Positions 51,100 through 63,513 of a DNA stretch of 64,000 bases are shown one piece after another. Source of the stretch: Camelus ferus (taxonomy: Eukaryota); NCBI RefSeq assembly GCF_009834535.1, contig NC_045697.1:29452001-29516000 (forward strand), read 5' to 3'. The notes under the pieces are model-generated. The model saw only the letters and a program-made list of their open reading frames with translations, made no database searches and was not told where the DNA came from. The position numbers and the translations under genes are program-made. How positions within the stretch are numbered: position 1 is the stretch's first letter; each line of letters begins with the position of its first letter.

Positions 51100-51560
51100 A
51101 AAAGATAGGAGACATTGCAAGGTGTTCATCAATATCCAGTGTCTTCTTCCTTTTTATTGGACACATGGCCATGCAGAATACAGAATACATTTCCCAGCCT
51201 CCCTTGCAGCTAGGTGTGGCAATGCAGGTAACATTCTGACTATTGGGATGTAAGTATAAGGATTGTATGGAAGCTTCTAAGAATCTTCCTTATAAAATAG
51301 CTGGTAGGCACATTTTTTTTCTTGCTGTGTGGGACAGACAAGTCTTCTTGGACCATGAGTACACACACTATACCCTAGGGATGCAGGAGTAGTAAGGCCA
51401 AGGAATTTGGGTTCCTGAGGTCTTTGTGGAACAGAGCCACCATATCAGTGGACTGCTATTGCCAGCTTCCATGTGAAAGGGAAATAAATTTCTACTGTAA
51501 TAAACCACTGTTATTTTAGAGTCCTGTGTTCCTAGCCGTTGAAGTTGATCCTAACTCATT
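51100..51560 (+). mobile_element. Old MLT1 (MLT1J-like) LTR
   Basis: tacatttcccagcctcccttgcagctaggtgtggc...gaaataaatttctac...aaccactgttatttt. Confidence 0.6.
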
Positions 51561-54500
51561 CATCTAATGGCAGGAAACTGAATTCCAGACCCAGTAACTG
51601 GGAAAGAAACAGCTTTTAATAGATTAGCTTTGCAACCCTATATTCAATACCAAACTACAGGGATCTGAATTATAAAGCTGAGTCGAGAAGCCCAGGCTTC
51701 TGACTCCCAACTCCTCCAACACTTTCCAAAACAGCATATTGTTGGAATATGACTTCATTGGTTATCATTCATTCATTTTCACCACCCACCAAGTCAAGCA
51801 CCTTAATCTCATCTCCAATTACTGTAAAAAAAATACAAAATACCAAATGCAGATATTGTGTTGGGCCTAATTTTTCACAAACTTCAAAAAAAGGAATCTG
51901 TCAGGATTCAACCAACCATGACATCCAGCCATTCATTTGATTCAAAGCTTTTGATTTTTTGATCTATACCATCCTCCTCCCCGACTCCTAGGTCAGGAGA
52001 GAAAAGCACAGATTCTTCCAGGGAAAACAAAATGGCAAAACCAATTAGCTGATGCACACCTGCGCAAAAGCTTGGTCTTTCTTCTCCAGCAATGAAAGAG
52101 TGAAATGCAGAGCTCTGAGGTTTTCAAAGATGCTGCACCTACTGGCAGAAAAGAGGCAGGGGTATTTGTGGATCCCATCTGCCAGGGATGCACGTGTAGA
52201 AAGTGTCATTTTTTTATGCTTCTCAAAATAGAATCTAGCATAAGACACTATTAGGTAATTGAGCCAAAATTCCAGGAAAGGACAAGTAAACAGAAGAATT
52301 ATTCTCAAAAATCTCAAACAATAAATTAGTGTTCAAAGTTTAGAAGGACTTCCTTTCTTTAAAGATTAGGATATGGAACTGTTTGGTGTTTAAGCTGTGG
52401 GTTCTCAGTAACAAAAAGTTCAGAAACAGTGTCATAGAGATGTTATTCATCACAAATCAAACAGACTGTAGTTCCTTAAAGCCAAGACTCAGGTTTGTTC
52501 TTCTTTTTATTTTAATCAACCAACATACCACAAACATGTCACACACAGATGTGCAATGTAAGTTTTCTGAAGGTAAGTGGATGTAGCTGGGAGTGACTCC
52601 CTGTTTTCACATCTCATTCTCTGAAACTGTAGAGGATGCCTAGGTGATACCTCTATAAATGAGAGCTACAGGACAGCAAAAGAGGAAAGAGGAAGGAGGG
52701 AGGGAGGGAAGGGAAAAATGGGCGTGTGGCATGTACCACTAAACTGCCTGCCTCCTGGGTCCCAGGTGAGTTCTACTTTGCTATAACATGCAAAAAGAAA
52801 GTAAAATCACACTTTGCTAGTTTTTATTCACCCACAAATGTACTGGTTAACCCATCAAGCCTCGAATCCCAGGCAGTACGTTAAAACCTTTTTCCTACTA
52901 GAAAAATGTTCTTGAGGCATTAGAGATTTCTTATCTGCAGGGTGTCTGGGAAGGAGTCCACATTTATTATGCTACAGAAATAGTTCCCCCCCTCCATCTC
53001 AAAATCCAAGCCTCTCCCTTGTGAAAAGTCTGATTCATACAAAGTATTTGTTCTGGGTTAGCTCCATTTCCTTCTTTCCAGATCTACTGTAATTACTGTC
53101 CATTTGCAAATGATGGTCTCTCTGTTCTTGAATTCTGGTATGCTCTAAGTATCTTCCTCCTCAACTCTTCCAATTGCTTTCTGAAAGAAATTACTATAAC
53201 CTAAAGCCCTTTTGAGAGAAGACTCTGCTCATCACAAAAAAATGATCCTTAGATCTCAGAAGTAACACTCTTTTGAAGTGAATGAATCAGATGCCATGTC
53301 AAAGTCTTCCTTGTTGCACGCAAATAGGCAGAAACCAGTAGGGACAAGTGTATGACTATGTGGAGAACTTCACCCTAGACAGTTGTTTGTGCTTCCTTCC
53401 TTATAAAAACAAACTTGTGTGTCTTCCTGTGTCACAGACGTGCTTTGATGAATGAACTGAGAGAACTTACCGCCCCCACCCCACTCCCCAAACCCTTACC
53501 CTTAGAAAATATTACAGTGAAAGTACCTAACCATGGAGCCAGGAACAGAAAGGAGTTGACTGAAAGAAAACATTGTGTGTTTCTGCTTTTGTTTTTAATT
53601 CTCTTGGAAAAACAAACAATATAAATTACTTATAAAAAGCAAGTGCGCATTTTCAGCACACACTTTCCATGAACCTTTATCTTTAAGGGTAATAACTTTT
53701 TTTCTTCCACTTTCTGCTCTAATGACTACCTCATTTAAAAAATATATTCTATCTGCTGATGGAGCAAGAATTGCACATTTTCCTACTGTGAATAAAGGCT
53801 ACACTTGCACTTGGCCCAGATTCCAACTGGTCACTCTGGGAAAGTTGACCTCTTCCATGGCCATTGGGTCTGTCTGAGAAAGATATTTACAAGAATTGAA
53901 TTGGTTAGCGACTCCTAAAAAACAAAACAAAACAAACTATAATTTGATTCTATCTACCGGTTAAAAGGAGCTAATTCAACCAACAACTACAATGCTGTTA
54001 TTTTTCACTGAACAAAATTATATAAAAGTGTATTCATCAATAGAAACGAGATAAAGATACCATTTTTTCTCCAAAACAAGTAAATAATGTACAGCCTAGG
54101 ACCCAGCAATACTAAGTGTAGTGCTCACACACCTCCGAATACAGCTCCACTGGCGGATACGAGCCAGAGTGTTCCCTGCGAGGTTATCTGCAGTGCTCAG
54201 GACACCTTGGGAGTCCTCCGTTCCACAAGGGGAAAAGTAAAACACCACAGTGTGCCATGCAGCAGATAGAAACAGTGCGTTAAAAATCTGCCCAGCTTCA
54301 TGGATAGATCTTTAAAACACATCACATGGGGAAAAAAATACTCTTTAAATAAATTAAGAACATACACACACACACACACACACAAAACAACAATGTACAC
54401 TGCAAGTATACTTTTGAACAAAAAGTTACATATTCTACACATTAGGATGGCTGCCCATGGGTGGAGAGACCGGGAGTGGGGTAACGGAATAAGACAGGAT

Positions 54501-54734
54501 AACATAAAACAAGATGTTTTATATGGACCAGTGATGCAAACGCATCATGAATTGTGATCTATGATTAACTTAACTTCCGCAACTGAGGTCCAAATCAAAC
54601 TCACTTTTTTTTTTTACAGTTACATATTTTCCTTAATAATAAAAACACTAACTTTGAAAAACCACCAAAGATAACAGCCACTGTTTAGGTAGTTACTGAG
54701 GCAGCCCAGGGCTCTAAGAAGCCCAAAGTTCCAG

Positions 54735-55272
54735 AACTGTGATGTCCAATGTGGTAGCTATTAGCCACCTGGGGCTACTGAGCACATGAAGCGTGGTTAG
54801 TCTGAGTGGAGATGTGGTGCCAGTGTGACACACACACTGAATTTTTAAAATTCACTACGGTAAAAAGAATACAAATATTTTATTAATAATTTGTATATGG
54901 ATTATATGTCAAAATGATAGTATTTTAGATATATTGGGTTAAAAATAAGATACATGATTAAAATTAATTTCACCTTCTAAAAACTTATTTTAATGTGGCT
55001 ATTAGAATAGTCAATATTACATATGTGGCTCACATTGTATTTTTTTAATTTAAATTTCATTTTTTAATGAAGTGTAGTTGATTTACAATGTTAGTTTCAG
55101 GTGAACAGAAAAGGGATTCAGTTATAAAAACATATATAATCTTTCAGATTCTTTTCCAATATATGTTATTACAAGAAATTGAGTATAGTTCCCTGTGCTA
55201 TACAGTAGGTCCTTGTTGTTTATCTATTTTATACACAGCAGTCACATTTTATTTCTAATGGATGGCACTGAT
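54735..55272. mobile_element. MER33/MER3-like hAT element interrupted by an antisense L1 3' end (about 55045-55241)
   Basis: tgtccaatgtggtagctattagccac...atatgtggctcacattgtattt [L1: gtgtagttgatttacaatgttagtttcaggtg...atagttccctgtgctatacagtaggtccttgttg] tcacattttatttctaatggatggcactg. TSD tcacatt(g/t)tattt. Confidence 0.8.
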
Positions 55273-55719
55273 CTGGAGGCTTCCAGGAGGCCAGGGGTAC
55301 AACAAGGGATCCTTTCGATAAAAATTCCTTTGGAGACTCAAATTGGAAGATCCTGAAAAAAACATACTGTGGCCCCATGACTGGAAGGATATTAGAAGTG
55401 GTTCAGGATTAAATTTTAAAATTCTAAGTCAGGACTTGCCAACAGTTTTGCACTGCTCACAACCTTGCCTTGCTCTCACTGTAAAACTTCTTTAGGAATA
55501 ATGCTGCTCTTCAGAAATGCAAGCCCAGCCCTTGAAACTAGACTAAAGGAAAAGAAAAATTCTACTACAACTCATTCTGAAGCCATGATTTAAAATAATG
55601 AGATATAGCTGGAAAACCCTGATACGATTTATCAACACAGTTACACAAATATATGATTTAAGCATCCACTCTTGGGTGGCGCTTTTAAAATCAAAATGAC
55701 CTTGGCAGTAACAATTTAG

Positions 55720-56120
55720 AGATTACGTATTTGACGGGGAACATGGCAGGCTGGTCTGTGGGTGGTAGAAGAATTTACCAAAGGCAAAGGATGAGAATAG
55801 AAAGAAAGCCTGTTGGGTTGCACTGCCCAGTCAACGGCGGGCCACACAGACAGGCGGTGCCTGTGTGAGCCCAGGATGAAAGTGCAGGGTCTATTACTGG
55901 GGGGAGGAGTTGGTGAACGCAATGTGTTGGGGGCTGTGTGATCAGCTCGTGCACAAGTTTTTGATTGGCTGTAGGTGAGGTAAGAAGTTTAGGATCCGTG
56001 AAGGGCAGTGGGATTCATGACTCTGATAAGGCGGAGGCATGGCTGAAACAAAACAGCCTGAGCTACGGTGAGATTAGGCATTACTGAGGGCTATTAGTTT
56101 GTTAGGGGAAACATGCCCAG
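55720..56120 (-). mobile_element. Possible ERV LTR fragment
   Basis: gacggggaacatggcaggctgg...gaatttaccaaag...tttttgattggct composition resembles an antisense-read LTR; family not identified. Confidence 0.35.
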
Positions 56121-56604
56121 TAAAGAATGTACTTTATCTGTGGAGGGATCGAAGGCAGACATCTGAGAGCCCAGGAATGGAGGTCCTTGGACTTTGAAGG
56201 ATGCCAGTTGGCCCCACAGTATTCAGTAATTTCCTCCCCGCCCCTTGCTTGTTCTCTCTCTGACACACGTGGTCCTTGTGGACTATTCTTCCTGCATCCA
56301 GCCACCTACTAACGGCCTCTAGGCTCCTTTATGGCACAAGTCTTGCATTTTCACCCTTGTGTCCCTAGCACTGAGTGCGATGTTTAGCACATAACAGAGG
56401 GTCAACGATTACCCATCAAATTAACCAGAAGTCAGTGCTTCTGGAGCAGCAGACTGAGAGGTTTGGAGAAGAACAGAGTTAGATAACTTATTTTCTTGAG
56501 ATTACTTGAGAACACGATGAAAAAGTGCCAAATACTCAGCAATGTCTCCACATTTCATCAATACCCACATTATTTAGGGCAATTTTCTACTCAGTATACA
56601 AACA

Positions 56605-57043
56605 AAGAATGTTGCCCACCATCGACTTCTACAAGGATCAAGTCATTAGCCACTGCAGCCACTGACCGAAACAGTACACCCTGAAAGGATTTCAGGATGG
56701 AAAACAGGATATGGCACTGTTTTGGAAAAATAGGCCCTTTAGATGGTTAGAGATATCTCAGGGAAAAAAAAAATTAATGAACCTAGATTCTTTCATCTCC
56801 CCATACATAGAAAAGCTCTAAAATCACTTACTGAGAAACCTGATCCTTATGACTAGCAGTGACCTTTTACTGAGATGGATGCTGGGCTGTACATGTCCCC
56901 TGGCCAAAACCGTACATATACACACTGGCTGCCCTCATCTCCTTAGAGCTATCTGAGAGGCTGTCTCTTGGGCTATTATTCAGTAAGACCCTGAATAAAA
57001 TTCAGCTCACAGCTCTTACACTGTATACTTTCTTTCAATTGAC
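56605..57043 (+). mobile_element. ERV1-type solo LTR
   Basis: AATAAA at 56994-56999 followed by ctcacagctcttacactgt...ttcaattgaca with a CA terminus; resembles laurasiatherian ERV1 LTRs. Confidence 0.65.
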
Positions 57044-59377
57044 ATCAGTACTATAGTTCCCTGTGTGAGACCCCCCTCTCCCTCGGCTCCTGAAGACCAG
57101 AGTCAAGGACCACAGCTGTGTGAGGTCCCTGACGGATGCTGTTGAGACAGAACATTGCTACCTTCCATGGGGCCCCCTACACAACCATAGAATTTATTCC
57201 ACAGGCAACAAAATGCTACCGAAAGTTTTGAGCAGGAGACTCCATATGTTTTGAGAATTACGTTATTGACAAGAGAGAAAACAGATGAGATGGTACTGCG
57301 TGTATTAGTGTAAAGTTCATGTATTATAATGTGTGGTTAAAAACGACACATCAGTGACAGAAATGAAAATACTGAGCCAAAATAACATATAATTACAAAT
57401 TCTCCATCCCTATTTAATTTTGCTATCAATATAAATCAGTGATTAAAAAAGCAGTCACTGGCCATTTGAAAAGAGTCTTTCTTCCCAGCGTGTAACTGTT
57501 GTCATGACAACATGACTTCTGGCTGTATCTCTGTGAACAAGCTTATGTTTAAAAGGAGAGGACAAGGATCAGTCAGGTTAAATAAAGAATATACTGACCA
57601 ATTCTGAAATGTAAGAAAATGTATTTCAACCAAGGTTACCCAACAAAATCTCTTTAAATTCCTTTACATAATAGAACCAGGCTGGGCTTTCTAAGTCAAT
57701 AATCATGCTGTAGCATCTGTATTTTTTACATATAATAACATGAACAGAAGTTCGACATACCAGCCCTATAATTAGTGAGGAATTTTTCAAAATATATCCT
57801 GCCCTTACACATACGATATTATCCTTAGCCTTCCTAAGTCAGAGGCCACCTATCTGTCTCATCCGTTCTGAAGGAGGTACTCTCATTAGGAACTGATTCT
57901 TTGATTCCAAGGAGACAGGATGGGGGTGGAGGGGGAGAGAGAAATGGAGGTCCATTATCTCTTCTATGCTTTCAAATTACCTAAATGTTGGATATCTTGC
58001 ATGACTATATATATTAATTTGAAAATTCTGTGAGACCCAGTAATTATTTGTGAATAAGAACCATAAATGATGAAACATTGACTGTAAGTTTATAAACAGG
58101 ATCGATTTTCTTATTTTTTAACATGTATTGGATTTTTGATTAACATTGCCATCTCTCCCCACCTCCTCCTTCTTTGTGCCAGAGGCATTTAAACTAATTG
58201 CATTTGGATTTTTGTTTGTTTGAAGACTGAAGGTAAACTCCCGCATCCACCTTACTTCAGTAATGGCCTCAACAAGAGGACCAGAGTGCCCCAATACTGT
58301 GGACTAGAGTGGTTCCTACCCCTAGGTGGCATTCAGAAATGTCTGGGGATGTTTGGGTGGGGTTCTCACCACTGGTGGCTGGGAGCCAGGGATGCTAACC
58401 AGCCTGCAATGAGCAGGGCAGTCTAGCGAGGGTAACCAACTGCCCTGGTTTTCCTGGAACTTTCCTGATTTTAAGGAACATTTTTCCTTAAGTCCAGTAC
58501 AAATAAAAGATTGTCCCTGCCAAACACAGGAGGGCTTCCTCTCTCATAGATAGTAAATATACATTTGCCCCTCTGTTTTCTAAGAATTCTCTATGGTTCT
58601 GTAACTGACTAGTTCCTCACAGGGGTAAACCCTCAAGCCAGTTTTTGTGAGAGTAATTTCTACATCGAGGCTAGGAAACGTCTTCTTATTGCTCAGTATA
58701 TTTCTATTGACGGAGAAACTCCAGCAAGACCTAACAAGGGGGAGCTATTAGCACAATTCTTCTTTAGGAGACTTAAATTCTAGGAGGAAGGAAACATTCT
58801 AATTCTAAAATTCAAACTACATATTGAGAAACAGACCAGTGGCTTTTTGAACCTGCCTTCTCTTATCTTTGGTTTCCTTCATTAATTTTTTTTACAAGTA
58901 ATTTCTTCAATTACTCTTATGCTAAGAGAGCATATTATACCACTGACAACTATAAGAACTAGATCCTCTACCTACTCATTCAAATAAAGGATGCAATAAT
59001 TGGGGTGAGAATCTCTAGGGATAACATTATACATCTTTATGCAGAAATAGCAGACACTCTCTGTGGAAAAATGGTTAAGTCAGCCACTTTTCATTCTCTT
59101 TAAATTTCCTCATCCTGAGGCTATTAGATAGCATAGCTGCTCAAGGATTCTATAACATTTTTCCTAGAAACGTTTCCCTTATATGGTCATCAAAGAGTGC
59201 TGGTTTCTGTTTAGCAGTGGTACTTTGGAGGCCTAAAGGGGTTAAAATTCCTAATTTTAATGCCAGAAATTTGTTAATAGCTGGGAAAGAAAGTCTATCA
59301 CATAACTTCCCTTTGATAGCTTCTGGTTCTTAATCTGACACCAGGTGGCAGATATTTTGCATTAAAATTAGTAAAGG

Positions 59378-59986
59378 TATAAGCGGATAGGGTAGGGGGT
59401 CCCCGGAGAAAGAGAACCAGGGATGGCTTTCTTGACATAAGAAAAGCCATTTTTGGCCTAAGCCATTTTGTGATCTAAGCCTGACCACAATGCTTGCCCT
59501 TGAACAGGTCTCAGTAATTAATGCTCTTAAGGAAAGTGAGGCGATGCAGGAACAAAGGAAAAGCAGTCAAGAAACAACAGCTCACCATAAAACAGAGTCC
59601 TAGTTTCTCCTCATGGCAAATACATAACAATCTGATACATACCTTTGAGCTCTGCAGGAACTAAAGCCCCCGCTTGGGTGGAGGATGGAAAGACGGTGTT
59701 GACCTTTTCTGACCCTCATGACTTCAGTCCACTAAAGTCTGGGCTCTGTCAACCTTTGCCCCAATTCTATGCTGAGTTCTCCTCTGCTCAAGGCCCCTCA
59801 TGAATATGCACTATTCCTTTAGTTTAAAACTTCCCCAATTTTGCTGTCTGGAGAGACACTGCTTTGAGAAAGATCACTGGTATTCTTACTTGCCACAGAT
59901 AAATCCTTCCTTCTCCAGTTCTTTGGCTTGGTTGTGTCTTTTGGCTCAACACCCACCAAGAGGCAAAACCAGATTTTCAGGTAACA
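59378..59986 (+). mobile_element. ERV1-type solo LTR
   Basis: gggtagggggtccccggagaaagagaacc...aagccattttgtgatctaagcc...ctcaacacccaccaagaggcaaaaccagattttcaggtaaca, ending in CA. Confidence 0.7.
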
Positions 59987-59998
59987 TTCCCTCAATTC

Positions 59999-60000
<2 letters not shown>

Positions 60001-60051
<51 letters not shown>
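60001..60051. repeat. (TG)25 microsatellite forming the tail of a minus-strand SINE
   Basis: Direct reading. Confidence 0.97.
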
Positions 60052-60052
<1 letters not shown>

Positions 60053-60054
60053 TG

Positions 60055-60158
60055 CATGTGGGTGGGTGTAACTGGTTTATTTGTTTATTTAAAGGAGGTA
60101 CTGGGGATTGAACACAGGACCTGGTGCATGCTAGGCGGGAGCTCTACCATGCCACCTC
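60055..60158 (-). mobile_element. tRNA-derived SINE (Vic-1-like), degenerate 5' end
   Basis: ggaggtactggggattgaacacaggacctggtgcatgctaggc..gctctacca; likely TSD cct(c)caattctt on both sides. Confidence 0.8.
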
Positions 60159-60434
60159 CAATTCTTGGTTTAGATTTAAATCACTGCCTTAGCTGTGAAA
60201 AGGCTATACTGTATAACAAATCTTTTCATACTCATATTCAAGCTTTAATTTAACTTCAGTGTATATATTCTTATGGACCAATCAGTCCAAACAGTCTGAA
60301 CCAGAACAGTGACCGAAGAAAACAAAAAGACAATACTTGGTTTCAATCTTTAAAACTTTCAACAAAAGTCCGCTCAACAAAAAAAATAAAACTTCCAAAA
60401 ATGAAATCTAGAGTTATAAAATAGGTAAAGTGTA

Positions 60435-60483
60435 TTGTAAAATGATTATAAATCAATAAAAAAAATTAATGCAGAAAAAATGA
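60435..60483 (+). mobile_element. Extremely truncated young L1 3' end
   Basis: attgtaaaatgattataaatcaataaaaaa is identical over 30 bp to 15833-15862; flanked by taaagtgta at 60426-60434 and 60484-60492. Confidence 0.75.
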
Positions 60484-60625
60484 TAAAGTGTAGACTCCTT
60501 TGTTTTAGCATGCTTGTTTTGTAAAGGATTCATTCAAACAATCCTTTCAAATATTCCTTAATACATTTATTTTGTCCAATTTTATATATTTTAAGCCACC
60601 TACTAATTTTCAGAAACTTATATAG

Positions 60626-61138
60626 TGAAATTACAGAGTCTAGAATAAGCCAAGGTGGCACAGAAATTATTTTGAGCTGAAGGTATTTGAATTCTTGAAA
60701 TCCCTGATCTGCCTAGAAGCAGATCTCCCAAAAGAACTCAGTTGTCATAAACCCCTTCCCTCAGAGCAACTCTAATCTCTTTTGGGAGATGAGAAATCCA
60801 TGCCCAAACAGGCTGTCATCAAACTATCACATCACCTATGTATTCTCCTAAGAGCCACTTCTCTTTCAAAAATCATTTGTTTTTCCAGAGTGCCCTTTCT
60901 CCCCGCTCCTAAGTCAGCTTTTCTCCCACAAGTGTCCTCTGCCTGTCCCCATCCTCTATTAAGACTGTATATAAGCCCCAAATTCTAAAAGCCTCCTTGA
61001 GTCACATTTCTTTGTGACTTCTCATTAATTACATAATTAAATCTTTTCTCTCTTGCTAATGTGGCTTATGTCAGTTTAATTTGCAGACCCCAAGCACTGA
61101 ATCTGAGAGGGCAGAGAAAAAGTTTTTCCTCTCTGGCA
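60626..61138 (+). mobile_element. MER34-like ERV1 solo LTR
   Basis: attattttgagctgaagg...gtatataagcccc (TATA)...attaaa...tcagtttaatttgcagaccc...gaaaaagtttttcctctctggca. Confidence 0.7.
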
Positions 61139-61872
61139 AATATGAGGCATTCATTCATTCATCAATTCATTCAGTGAATATTTGCCAGGAGCCAGGCACT
61201 GGGACCTGACAGTAAACATGAGAGGCCCCATCAGTGGCCTCACGGAGCTTGCAATCTACAGGGATAGAGTGGCATTTAGTTTGTAATTTCAAATTATACT
61301 GAGTATTATGAGGAAAGTAGAGTTCTAAGGGAGTTTTAACCCTTGTTAATACAGCTGCTGCCACTAGACTATAAATTCTTTGAGGGTAAGGACAGTCTCA
61401 CTTGCTCAATGCTTATCCCCAGGGCTATCTCGTATCCAGCACTACAGTAGGTGCTTAATAAGAATTTGTTGGATGAATCCCACCACCTTAAATCTTGTAC
61501 TCCAAAATAAACAATTCTGGGTGACCTATAACAGCAATCACAGTATTTACTGAGAACCAGTGGTATGTATAACACTATCTTAGGCATTAGATTCTTACCT
61601 TCTCACAGATAATAGATACCTCTGAATGACACGTACCCCTTATAAATGTGTGAGATACTCTCCAGTTCCCCTGATAGATCTACTCTCCACCCTTTCTACC
61701 CTGCCCTGGACGGTAGAAACCCTTGGCAGGCTTGGCCAGTGAGAAGCAGGCGATAGGAGGGACAGGAAGAAAAAGAGGTCTGAGTGCGAATTCCCCAGCT
61801 CCCTCTCTGCAAGAGCACAGTCAGGCCAGCCCTCTCTTACACTCACAGCTGCAAATCTAGCTCTGCCTGGCA

Positions 61873-62003
61873 GGGAGGGTATAGCTCAGTGGTAGAGTGT
61901 ATGCTTAGCACGCACAAGATCCTGGGTTCAACTCCCAGTCGCTCCATTAAAAATAAATAAATAAACCTAATCCCCCACCCCCAATCCCAAACAAGACAAA
62001 ACA
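61873..62003 (+). mobile_element. tRNA-derived SINE (Vic-1-like) with 20-bp TSD
   Basis: gggagggtatagctcagtggtagagtgtatgcttagcacgcacaagatcctgggttcaactccc; TSD aaatctagctctgcctggca (61853-61872) / aaatctagatctgcttggca (62004-62023), 18/20 identical. Confidence 0.92.
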
Positions 62004-62199
62004 AAATCTAGATCTGCTTGGCATGCTGATGGGAACCTACTATTGCCAACACCAGAAGGCTTCCTCACCCCTTGGAAATTCTTAATCTTGCCCAAACCTC
62101 TATACACAGCGCCTTCTTTGAACTCTCCTTGGTGACCCCATTGGAGTGATCATCTATGTCCCCCTGGAACCCTGATTCATACAGAAATGTATTATTAGT

Positions 62200-62643
62200 T
62201 GCAGTCCTTTCTTGGGGCTGCTGTAACAAAGTACCACAAACTGGGTGGTTTATAACAACAGAAATTTGTTTCACAGTCCCGGAGCCTGGAAATCTAAAAT
62301 CAACGTGTTGAGGGAGCCATGCTCCCAAGACTCTAGGGGAGGATCCTTCTCTGGCTCATTCAGCTTCTAACCGGCCCAGATGCTCCCTGGTTTGCAGCAG
62401 CATCACTCCAACATTTGCTTCCATCTTCACACGGCCACCTTCCTTCTGCGTCTGTGTATCTCCATCTTCACGTGGTGTTCTCCCTGTGTGCCTGTGTCCA
62501 AATTTCCCTCCTCCTATAAGGGTGGCAGTCGTCCCTAATGACCTCATCTTAATTTGATGACATTTGCAATGACCCTACTCCCAAAGGTACAAAGTGTTAG
62601 GATTTCAACTTATCTTTTTGGAGAACACAATTCAACCCATAAC
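62200..62643 (-). mobile_element. MLT1C-like MaLR LTR
   Basis: ggctgctgtaacaaagtaccacaaactgggtggttta...atgacctcatcttaatttga...acacaattcaacccataaca. Confidence 0.85.
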
Positions 62644-63329
62644 AATAGCTAACATATTAGCGACACCTTCCGTATCCATAATTGTTTGAGGGCAGGAAGC
62701 AATCCTCACCCATCTGCCCCACAGGATCTAGCCCAGAGCCAAGTACACAGAAGGTGCAATAAATGTGTGCTTGAACAGACCCAACAAATCGGTAAATCGG
62801 TAAATGAATGGGATGTACAGCTATTAAAAAAAGATTTGCAGTTTTATTATAATTTAAAATCTCATGTTAATAGAGTCTAAAAGAACAGAAGCTGCCTCAT
62901 TATTTCCTCTCTGTTATGGAATTGTAAGGAGGAATGCCGAACTTACAGTTTGCCTGCACATGTAATTTTCTAATTCCAGTATCTTCATGAAGATCAGTCT
63001 AGAGAAGTAATTCTCTTTAATCTAACACAATCAGGGAACATACTGAACAACTCCCTGCTCTGGGCTGGACTCCGAGATAAATTCTCAAACAGGTATGAAT
63101 AAGATACAGTCACTGCCTTCAAGGAACATACATTCCAAGGAGCCAAAACGACTGCATACAAATGCTGAGGGGCCTCGTGCTCACTGCATATTTCTCTGCT
63201 TTCTTCAAGTGCCCAAGCATACCTTTACTTCTTTTTGGTGACTCAAGGCCATTACCCCAAATATCACCTGCTACAATGAGAGACACTCAACACTACCACT
63301 GCCATCTGATATGCTCTTTGAGCACTTAA

Positions 63330-63513
63330 GATTTATTCTGTGAGTATTCTGCCTGTGTTTTCCTCTAGGAGTTTTATAGTATCTGGTCTTACATTTAGGT
63401 CTTTAATCCATTTTGAGTTTATTTTTGTACATTGTGTTAGAGAATGTTCTAATTTCAGTCTTCTACAGGTAGCTGTCCAGTTTTCCCAGCACCACTTATT
63501 GAAGAGACTGTCT
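63330..63513 (-). mobile_element. Internal L1 ORF2 fragment
   Basis: Minus strand translates without stops as [57 protein letters not shown], the post-RT region of L1 ORF2p. Confidence 0.93.

Noticed and set aside
61873..61945. tRNA gene (A and B boxes)
   Set aside because: The head continues into a SINE body, tail and TSD, and five diverged copies are present, so these are tRNA-derived SINEs.
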